A DNA stretch of 64,000 nucleotides from an uncultured Pseudomonadales bacterium (GTDB taxonomy: Bacteria > Patescibacteriota > Microgenomatia > UBA1400 > UBA1396). This document shows positions 57,496-64,000 of this stretch, piece by piece; positions within the stretch are counted from its first letter, which is position 1; every line of letters begins with the position of its first letter. The notes under the pieces are model-generated. The model was not told the DNA's origin and ran no database searches. It saw only the letters and a list, made by a program, of their open reading frames with translations. The translations under genes and the position numbers were made by a program. The DNA lies in the NCBI GenBank assembly GCA_964511175.1, contig CAZEEI010000006.1, positions 73 to 64,072 on the forward strand, given 5' to 3'.

Positions 57496-57499
57496 AGTT

Positions 57500-58018
57500 A
57501 TGCCATCGACAAAACATCTCTCCTGTACTACTTATGCCTTTATTGATGCCTCCAATATTATCTATGGCGCCCGCTCGGGAAATTGGTTAATCGATCAACA
57601 AAAATTGTACTATTACCTCCAAAACAAATATCAAGTTACTAAAGCCTTTTTTTACTACGGCAAAGATTCGAATAGTCTAAAAAAAGAGCGGTTTCTGCAT
57701 AAGTTAAGCGTGTTTGGTTACATCTTGCGAGTCAAAACAATCAAGCATTTCGGCCATAAAGCGAAAGCTAATTGTGATGTCGATTTGACGATGGATATGC
57801 TTTTATTCAGAAACCAATATAGTCGGGCAATTGTTCTCTCCGGCGATGGTGACTTTACACCTCTGCTGGCTTACTTAATTAAGCAGGGAAAACAAATTAT
57901 TGTGATTACCTTTCCTGACCGAACCGCTCGAGAATTAAAAAAATTGTTGGGCGGAAAAGTGCAATCTTTTAATGACCTGCGCGCTCTACTTGAGTACAAA
58001 AAAAGAGGGAGGCCCTAA
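57500..58018 (+). CDS. NYN-domain (LabA-like PIN-related nuclease) protein
   Basis: YAFIDASNIIYG ... CDVDLTMDMLL ... AIVLSGDGDFTPLL; start placed at MPSTKHL (listed ORF starts 57344 inside the repeat). Confidence 0.65.
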   Translation: MPSTKHLSCTTYAFIDASNIIYGARSGNWLIDQQKLYYYLQNKYQVTKAFFYYGKDSNSLKKERFLHKLSVFGYILRVKTIKHFGHKAKANCDVDLTMDMLLFRNQYSRAIVLSGDGDFTPLLAYLIKQGKQIIVITFPDRTARELKKLLGGKVQSFNDLRALLEYKKRGRP

Positions 58019-58062
58019 AGTAGTACCTTCCCTCAGTGTTATGAATTAATAGTACTAATAAA

Positions 58063-58155
58063 GTCTTGTTTTGTCAACTTTTTGTACAGGTCACAATACA
58101 TTTGAGACTACTGTCACTATTCGGTCAGCTTTATCGGCCAACAATAACTCTGCTC
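58063..58155. repeat. ~70-90 bp direct repeat, copy 3
   Basis: TTTTGTCAACTTTTTGTACAGGTCACAATACATTTGAGACTACTGTCACTATTCGGTCAGCTTTATCGGCC... Confidence 0.55.
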
Positions 58156-58471
58156 AAACAAGACCCTTATCTTGCTATTAAATCAGCAATAATGTACAAT
58201 GTGTGCGCAGTCTAATCTTGGTAAACAAGAAAGGCGCAGTGTGGGGTAGGTAGGCAACCACCGGCGGTGGGCCCCCAGACTAAGGGGGTGGGTGCCGCAC
58301 TCCTAGAACGCCTGATTCTCGTGTTTTTTGGTTGTACTTCCTGGTCTCTGATCGTGCTTATCGAAATGCTGGTACTAGGCTTCCCTCATTTTTCGACTTT
58401 TACCATAATTTTTCTGGTTTGTTACCGCCTAAACCAGCACTGGTGGCACAAATCACGTGCTCCGCCTCAAA

Positions 58472-59536
58472 TTAATTCGCCAGATTGTGCAGATATTGGC
58501 CGCAAACATACGCCATGAAATCGGTTGGCCGGCAAGCAAAACTGGTGTTTTCGCCCTGACAAAGAAACAATTTATTGTCCTGACAAAGGGCAAAATCAAA
58601 GGCAGCGGGCGCTTCTTCCTGATAAAACTCGGCTGCGGTTAGATTGCCGCCGCCAACCTTAACCGTAAAATCACTGGCGGTACTATCGCTGGGATAACCG
58701 AACACCGCGTAGTACCCATTGGTGATCCGCCCTTCTTCCCCCATTACAGATAAAGCTACATCCGGAGCGACATTAGTTAACAAAACATAAGCCAAAACCT
58801 GACCCTGCGGCGACAAACCGGTGGCCGCCAGTTGTTGGGCTAAGTTGTCACTAGGTAGGGCTTCACTGTCAATCAGCCAACGCTGCAAATCGCCGGCTAG
58901 ACGATCGACATCCAAGGTAACGACCTCGCCACTGGACCCGGCATAAATGTTTAATCTTTGCGCCTCTTGGTAAATCGAATCGATGAGAAAGTAGAGAAAG
59001 GCGGGATTAAGTTGATGTTGTTCGGCCGCCGTAAAAATGTGCACTAGCGAAAGATAATAGGGCTGAGTTTCAGCCTGATTTTGATTGGCGCCACGGTAAA
59101 AAGTGAACAGGGCGCCGCGATGAACGAGGATGCGGCCCCAGGCGTAATGACGCGCGCCAACAAAGTATTCGGTGACCCCCCGACCGACGATCGATATTTG
59201 TTTAGCCGATCCGCTGGCTGGTGCCAAAACAAGTTTAGAGCAGAGATATCTGGTGGCTAAAAAACAAGGCTTGGCGAGAAGAGAAAAAGGCTCGGTGAGT
59301 GTGGTTAGCTGCTTGCGGCGTAATTGATCTGGAGTTTGGGGAAGAAAAGCGGTTGGAGTGATGGTTGGCAGCGGCGTGGGTGTTGGCTGAGAGCCAAGGC
59401 CAAATTGGGGCAAACTGATATTTAGGGAAAAACCTAGTCCGCCGCCGGAGTTTAACCACCAAGACCGAGTAGCCGCGCCGGCAGCTACCCCCACTACTAA
59501 TAAAACAACCAATAACAGCGCGCGACGCCAATTCAT
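58472..59536 (-). CDS. secreted/membrane-anchored hypothetical protein (354 aa)
   Basis: N-terminal MNWRRALLLVVLLVVGVAAGAA signal anchor. Confidence 0.5.
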   Translation of the reverse strand: MNWRRALLLVVLLVVGVAAGAATRSWWLNSGGGLGFSLNISLPQFGLGSQPTPTPLPTITPTAFLPQTPDQLRRKQLTTLTEPFSLLAKPCFLATRYLCSKLVLAPASGSAKQISIVGRGVTEYFVGARHYAWGRILVHRGALFTFYRGANQNQAETQPYYLSLVHIFTAAEQHQLNPAFLYFLIDSIYQEAQRLNIYAGSSGEVVTLDVDRLAGDLQRWLIDSEALPSDNLAQQLAATGLSPQGQVLAYVLLTNVAPDVALSVMGEEGRITNGYYAVFGYPSDSTASDFTVKVGGGNLTAAEFYQEEAPAAFDFALCQDNKLFLCQGENTSFACRPTDFMAYVCGQYLHNLAN

Positions 59537-59545
59537 GTGGTCTTA

Positions 59546-59645
59546 GTTTAGCACGCTGAGGGTGTAACCCTCCAGAGGTGGGAAACTTCAGGGTGACACC
59601 CTGTCGCGATTTACCTCTGGAGGGTTACACCCTCAGCGTGCTAAA
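59546..59645. repeat. REP family B: ~100 bp element with perfect 33-bp inverted arms (TTTAGCACGCTGAGGGTGTAACCCTCCAGAGGT ... ACCTCTGGAGGGTTACACCCTCAGCGTGCTAAA)
   Basis: seen directly; fills the divergent intergenic region between 58472-59536 and gap. Confidence 0.65.
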
Positions 59646-59655
59646 CTGGCCGTAT

Positions 59656-60717
59656 ATGTCAAACATTGCTATCAACGGTTTTGGCCGCATCGGCCGCACG
59701 TCTTTTCGAGTTTGGTGGGAGAGATTTCGCGACCGCAGCGCGTTGGTGGCGATCAACACTTCTGGTTCTGCGGAGTTGGAAGCTTGGGCTCATTTGCTCA
59801 AATACGATACCAATTACGGTGTTTGGCCGCACGAAATTCGGGTTAACCGTTGGCGCAGCGTGAAGGAATTGGACGATAACAACTGTGAACTAGGTACTTT
59901 CGAAATTGAGGGGCGCACGATTACCGTTACCGCTCAACGCGACCCGGCCAAAATTCCCTGGGGCAAGTATGGTGTCGATATTGTCATTGAATCGACTGGT
60001 GCTTTTCTGACGCAGGAAAAAGCTGGCGCACACCTGAGCGCCGGTGCCAAGGCTGTAATTCTTTCTGCTCCCGCCAAAGAAGACGATATTGAAACGGTGG
60101 TGCTAGGAACCAAGCCCGAGCATCCGAGTCTGCCGGCCAACCGCATTATTTCGAACGCCTCCTGTACGACTAATTGTGTGACGCCGGTGGCGGCCATTAT
60201 GCACGAGACTTTTGGTGTGCAAAAAGCCCTCATGACCACGGTGCACGCCTATACGGATGATCAAAATGTTCAGGACAACTCGCATAAAGATCTGCGCCGC
60301 GCTCGCTGCGCGGCGCGCAATATTGTACCGACTACCTCTGGTGCGGCCAAAACTACGGGTAAAGTTATACCGGAGTTAGCGGGTATTTTTGATGGACTGG
60401 CCATTCGCGTTCCAGTTTCCACTGGCTCTTTGTCCGATTTGACCTTTGTTACCTCCCGACCGACTTCGGTGGAGGCTGTAAACCAAGCCTTCATTGACGC
60501 GTCCCAGTCCGAACGCTGGCGCGGGATTTTGGCCGTAACCCACGATCCGATCGTGTCGCAGGATATTGTAGGTCGCCCCGAATCAGCGATTGTTGATTTG
60601 GCTCTAACGCAAGTAATTGGTGGCGATTTAGTTAAGGTAATTGCCTGGTACGACAACGAGTGGGGTTATTGCAACCGCTTGATTGAACTGGCTGAGGGTG
60701 TCACCCTCCAGGCGTAG
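59656..60717 (+). CDS. gap: glyceraldehyde-3-phosphate dehydrogenase
   Basis: MSNIAINGFGRIGR NAD-binding start, active-site SNASCTTNCV; start set at ATG 59656 (listed ORF begins inside REP). Confidence 0.9.
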   Translation: MSNIAINGFGRIGRTSFRVWWERFRDRSALVAINTSGSAELEAWAHLLKYDTNYGVWPHEIRVNRWRSVKELDDNNCELGTFEIEGRTITVTAQRDPAKIPWGKYGVDIVIESTGAFLTQEKAGAHLSAGAKAVILSAPAKEDDIETVVLGTKPEHPSLPANRIISNASCTTNCVTPVAAIMHETFGVQKALMTTVHAYTDDQNVQDNSHKDLRRARCAARNIVPTTSGAAKTTGKVIPELAGIFDGLAIRVPVSTGSLSDLTFVTSRPTSVEAVNQAFIDASQSERWRGILAVTHDPIVSQDIVGRPESAIVDLALTQVIGGDLVKVIAWYDNEWGYCNRLIELAEGVTLQA

Positions 60718-60741
60718 AAAACTTTAGGGTGTAACCCTAAG
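60691..60741. repeat. REP family B element
   Basis: GCTGAGGGTGTCACCCTCCAGGCGTAGAAAACTTTAGGGTGTAACCCTAAG overlapping gap stop. Confidence 0.6.
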
Positions 60742-60748
60742 TAATCAT

Positions 60749-61213
60749 TTGGTCAGTTTCTTTGGTTACACTCTTTCCATGCCACAAAAAAATCGTCTCT
60801 TTCCTTTCGTAGCTGATGCCCATTACCACATCTACAATCGCGGCACTAATCGACAAGAAATTTTCTTAGATGACAAAGATTACTGGATTTTTCGCCATAT
60901 TTCGAGAAAAAAACTAAGAAACTGTGGCGACGAAATATCGCTGATGGTTTTTTCTTTGTTGCCGAATCACTACCATTTTTTATTGCATCAAAAATTGGAG
61001 CGCAGTATTTCGGCATTTATTAAGTCGATTGCAATTCGTTATGGCATGTATCTACGTAAAAAATATGACCACGATGGACGGGTTTTTAGTAGTAGCTATC
61101 ACGCTGTTTTGCTTCCCAATCAAGAAGCTATTGATCAGGCCAAAGAATACATTTTAAAAAATCCGATTAAGGCCGGTTTGCTTAACTGGAAACACGTTGG
61201 GAGCAAGATATAG
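60749..61213 (+). CDS. IS200/IS605-family Y1 HuH transposase-like protein (RAYT type), paralog 3
   Basis: IYNRGTNRQ, PNHYHFLLH HuH motif, C-terminal YILKNPIKAGL. Confidence 0.7.
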   Translation: MVSFFGYTLSMPQKNRLFPFVADAHYHIYNRGTNRQEIFLDDKDYWIFRHISRKKLRNCGDEISLMVFSLLPNHYHFLLHQKLERSISAFIKSIAIRYGMYLRKKYDHDGRVFSSSYHAVLLPNQEAIDQAKEYILKNPIKAGLLNWKHVGSKI

Positions 61214-61291
61214 GGTGTAACCCTCCAGAGGTGGGAAACTTCAGGGTGACACCCTGAGATTTTCTACGCCTGGAGGGTTACACCCTCAGAG
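61212..61291. repeat. REP family B element (nested palindrome) between convergent RAYT and pgk
   Basis: AGGGTGTAACCCTCCAGAGGTGGGAAACTTCAGGGTGACACCCT...CCTGGAGGGTTACACCCTCAGAG. Confidence 0.65.
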
Positions 61292-62305
61292 GACGAATTC
61301 GAGATCTTTTTCCCAAGAGAAATTGGCTTGGCTTTCCTGAATGGCTTCGTAGGCCGGCAGAGTTCCATCGGCTAGTAGTTCCATCATAGCGCCACCACCT
61401 GTAGAGATGTGCGAAAACTGCTCGCGTTTGAAACCCAGCAAATCCACCGCGGCTTCGGTGTCACCGCCACCCAAAACCGAATATACCTTAGATCGAGCCA
61501 AAGCATTAGCAATGTAGGTGGTTCCCGCCGCATGCACCCCATCCTCATATTTACCAACCGGGCCATTCCAAACCACCGTTTCCGAGGCCTTAATGAAACG
61601 CTCAAACTGTTCCAGTGAATCTTGAGTTAGATCCAAGCCATCCGGCGTTAAATCACCCACAATCACCTTGCTATATCTAGCTTCCAGCTCTTGTTTATGA
61701 CCTTGCGCTAAAGCGCCGCCAATCAGAAAAACGTTCACTTTATCGATCAATCGGTCAATGAAGGCCAGCTTATCCGGTTTGGCGCCGCCAAAAATAAAAG
61801 TGTAAGGACGATTAGGATGGTGGGCAATTTTGCGCAACACCTTCATTTCTTTTTCGAACTGGCGACCCATGACGGTGGGTAGCAAATAAGGCAAAGCAAC
61901 CATGGAAGCGTGCTCGCGGTGAGCAGTCGCAAAAGCGTCGTTAACGTAAAAATCAAAACCCTTGGCCAATTGCTTGGCAAAAACTTTACTGTTCTTTTCC
62001 TCGCCAGGATCATAGCGCAGGTTGTCACCGAAAGTGACGCGGTCGAGGTGTTTAGCCGAAATCATTGGTTTGAGCAAATCGATAATTGGATCCAGGGACA
62101 ATTTTTTGATCTTCTTACCCTCCGGCCGGCCGCGGTGGCCGATCACGTGTACCTGAGCCGCGCCGCGTTTGAGCAAAAAATTCAGCGTTGCAGCACCGGC
62201 TTCCAAACGGGTGGTATCAAAACCGTCTTTATTCTCCGGCAAGTCGAGGTCGAGGCGCAGGAGGACGTGTTTGTCTTTAAAGGTGATAGCTTTGAGGAAA
62301 TACAT
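61286..62305 (-). CDS. pgk: phosphoglycerate kinase (short form, 339 aa)
   Basis: N-terminal LLRLDLDLP...HVIGHRGRP and C-terminal ISTGGGAMMELL, VVWNGPVGKYE PGK motifs. Confidence 0.8.
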   Translation of the reverse strand: MYFLKAITFKDKHVLLRLDLDLPENKDGFDTTRLEAGAATLNFLLKRGAAQVHVIGHRGRPEGKKIKKLSLDPIIDLLKPMISAKHLDRVTFGDNLRYDPGEEKNSKVFAKQLAKGFDFYVNDAFATAHREHASMVALPYLLPTVMGRQFEKEMKVLRKIAHHPNRPYTFIFGGAKPDKLAFIDRLIDKVNVFLIGGALAQGHKQELEARYSKVIVGDLTPDGLDLTQDSLEQFERFIKASETVVWNGPVGKYEDGVHAAGTTYIANALARSKVYSVLGGGDTEAAVDLLGFKREQFSHISTGGGAMMELLADGTLPAYEAIQESQANFSWEKDLEFVL

Positions 62306-62650
62306 AGGGTGGATTATACCAGGTAAGACTAACGTCTTGAAGACGAACTCTTCTTTGATATCACGATGGTGTAAAAGCCAGATTAAAAACAGAAACTATT
62401 GTTGATAATAGCCACACTAAGGAAACAACAACTATAACTCCACCAATAGTTGTTATTAATAGCCTTAAAAATCAATAAGGTAGTTGATTCTTTGGCATTT
62501 TTGATTTTTGTTTTTGAAAGAAATAAATACTTAAGGGCCAGTCAATAAAAGGCAATAAAATTAATGATAAATAAACAAGCACAGCCAAATCCCACAAGAT
62601 ATCACCACTTCGCAAATAATGACCATGTAACAGATAATATTTTCATATTT

Positions 62651-63013
62651 CTATTTAGACAAAACCACAATCGCTACAACTACTGGTATGGCTAGGAACA
62701 CGGTAATTATACTAACAACAACTCCTCCCCAAATTCCTATTCCCACAATTTTTATGAAACTTTTAACCGATGCAGTCACCGTACCATCACTGGATTGAGT
62801 AGCAAAATAAATAATCAAGGGAACATCAAATAAAGGAATTAAAAATGTGCTATGAATAAGTAGATAATAAATACTGATTAATGTGTCTGTCCGGTTATTG
62901 GCCAGAGAAGGTGAAAAAACATAGTTAAGAAGCAGTGACTTAAGTATGTAACTTAACCAAATTGTGAAGTGAAGGTGTTTAAAGATAGCTTTTTGACCAG
63001 AAATTAGTTGCAT
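62651..63013 (-). CDS. small membrane protein (120 aa), tandem paralog A
   Basis: 3-4 TM; similar to 63049-63435 (…IYY.L..S..LIP..D.P..I…). Confidence 0.4.
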   Translation of the reverse strand: MQLISGQKAIFKHLHFTIWLSYILKSLLLNYVFSPSLANNRTDTLISIYYLLIHSTFLIPLFDVPLIIYFATQSSDGTVTASVKSFIKIVGIGIWGGVVVSIITVFLAIPVVVAIVVLSK

Positions 63014-63048
63014 TTTAGTAATTTAATATAGGGATATCTCTCCTTGAT

Positions 63049-63435
63049 CTAAAAATTAATAGGCTCATACGGAATCTGCCATAAGAATGTTGGGCTTAAG
63101 GTCAAAAAAGCCAAAAATAGGCTGATAATCACTATTGCTATAACACTTACTATGACTTTTCCAAAAGATAAAATTAAACTCTTGATATTTTTATCTTTTT
63201 TAAATGAAGAATACAAAAAAATTAAAATTGGTAAATCTAAAAAAGGAATGAGTAGTATTGAATAAAGCAAGAAGTAATATATTCTAATCAGCAAATCGCC
63301 TGGAAAAAAAGTAATTTTATCCCATGGAGTTGTGTGAGCAAAAACCGATATTACTAGAAACTTAACACTGTAACTCATTAAGAGATAGGGGAAAACTGCT
63401 CGAGAGGTATCCATTGGCGAATGATTATGTTTCAT
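63049..63435 (-). CDS. small membrane protein (128 aa), tandem paralog B
   Basis: paralog of 62651-63013. Confidence 0.4.
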   Translation of the reverse strand: MKHNHSPMDTSRAVFPYLLMSYSVKFLVISVFAHTTPWDKITFFPGDLLIRIYYFLLYSILLIPFLDLPILIFLYSSFKKDKNIKSLILSFGKVIVSVIAIVIISLFLAFLTLSPTFLWQIPYEPINF

Positions 63436-63444
63436 AATAAGTTG

Positions 63445-64000
63445 TTACCGAACTCCTATTGATTCTGCCAACATTTCAACTATACCCGGGGTAACGTCGT
63501 TGGATTCTCCCATAGCCAAAGCAATGGCGTGTCCTAGTTGTCTTTGCCTCAAGTCATCGGCATTGTCTTCAAATTGGCCTAATGATCCTGGATTAACACC
63601 CTGAGTTGTATTGGCAATAGCATCCTCTGTTGTTCCAGGGAAACCATATCTTTCCATATGAAATCCATATACGATGTTGCCCAATCCTGATAAATCCATT
63701 GTCCTTGTTCCAACTTTATAAGTGAATCCCGAGCAAGTTTTACTTTGACTAGCAGCAGCCTCATTTAGTTTTTCTTCAACAAAATGTCTGAAATTCTCTG
63801 CCTGCCCAATCAACTCCATCAGATAACCAAACGCAGCACTGTTACGCGATATTGGATCAGAATAACCAGCAATCCACTGAGCGTAACGACTAACTTCTGT
63901 AGCAATAATATCCCCACCGTTTTTGATTTCACAAGAAACAGGATTAAAAATAAAATCATAAAATTGACTCCGTGGTTCGTAATATGTAGAAACTAATATA
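63445..64000 (-). CDS. hypothetical protein, 5'-truncated by window edge (reading frame stays open to position 64000)
   Basis: minus-strand frame continues upstream of listed Met without stop to the window end. Confidence 0.4.
   Translation of the reverse strand, partial: ILVSTYYEPRSQFYDFIFNPVSCEIKNGGDIIATEVSRYAQWIAGYSDPISRNSAAFGYLMELIGQAENFRHFVEEKLNEAAASQSKTCSGFTYKVGTRTMDLSGLGNIVYGFHMERYGFPGTTEDAIANTTQGVNPGSLGQFEDNADDLRQRQLGHAIALAMGESNDVTPGIVEMLAESIGVR

Larger units (their letters stand above)
60691..61291 (+). mobile_element. RAYT-REP unit 3: IS200-like tyrosine transposase flanked by REP family B elements
   Basis: REP-B at 60691-60741 and 61212-61291 bracket ORF 60749-61213. Confidence 0.6.

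Noticed and set aside
57344-57499. N-terminal 52 codons of the listed NYN ORF
   Set aside because: This segment is the 70-bp repeat copy 2; the conserved NYN fold starts after the internal Met at 57500.
59578-59655. Listed ORF start of gap at 59578
   Set aside because: The first 26 codons are read-through of the REP-B palindrome; the canonical GAPDH N-terminus MSNIAINGFGRIGR begins at ATG 59656.

Overview
The window is 64 kb of bacterial chromosome, about 50-55% GC, with three AT-rich islands at 1-2470, about 52700-58200 and about 62330-64000. Gene content fits a small-genome, Gram-positive-type bacterium: Lgt, sortase-like C-terminal anchors, PT-linkers, LytR_C and Tat signals are present. 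Many genes are short and overlap by a few nt, which suggests a CPR/Patescibacteria (Saccharibacteria-like) origin. That origin is inference, not shown by the sequence.

Recognisable housekeeping genes:
- trpS, lysS, pth, smpB, sufS-sufU-yjjX, gap, pgk
- a fused lgt
- a ferredoxin / ferredoxin-reductase / DsbA trio
- a glycogen-type cluster: BadF-family sugar kinase, GH15, GH57, GT4

The most striking region is a ~20 kb run of genes all on the minus strand (12101-24725), plus a second locus at 30949-33615. The ~20 kb run, from its 5' end:
- it opens with PilN/PilO-like bitopic membrane proteins;
- these are followed by FN3/Ig-like, Pro/Thr-rich and Cys-rich secreted proteins;
- both loci carry a paralogous gene pair: a dockerin-ended multidomain protein immediately followed by a membrane-anchored cohesin protein;
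- a tRNA with anticodon UAU sits in the middle of the run.

Three paralogous IS200-like HuH tyrosine transposases (RAYT-type) are present. Each is bracketed by its own family of palindromic REP-like repeats:
- GGGTCAGACCC family
- GGGTGTCACCCT family
- TTGAGAT-N3-ATCTCAA family

The REP copies sit at gene ends, next to all three tRNA genes, and around gap and pgk.

Other points of interest:
- a VapBC pair
- a metallophosphoesterase fusion protein
- a 1042-aa Cys-rich / discoidin / beta-helix surface protein with a DNA-level poly-Gly tandem repeat
- an AT-rich island encoding a SAM-methyltransferase, a tandem Nudix hydrolase, a histidine phosphatase, a GT4 and an NYN-domain gene bracketed by ~70 bp direct repeats
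- an AT-rich island at the 5' end with a nucleotidyltransferase gene and ~50 bp direct repeats

No rRNA, CRISPR array or reverse transcriptase was seen.
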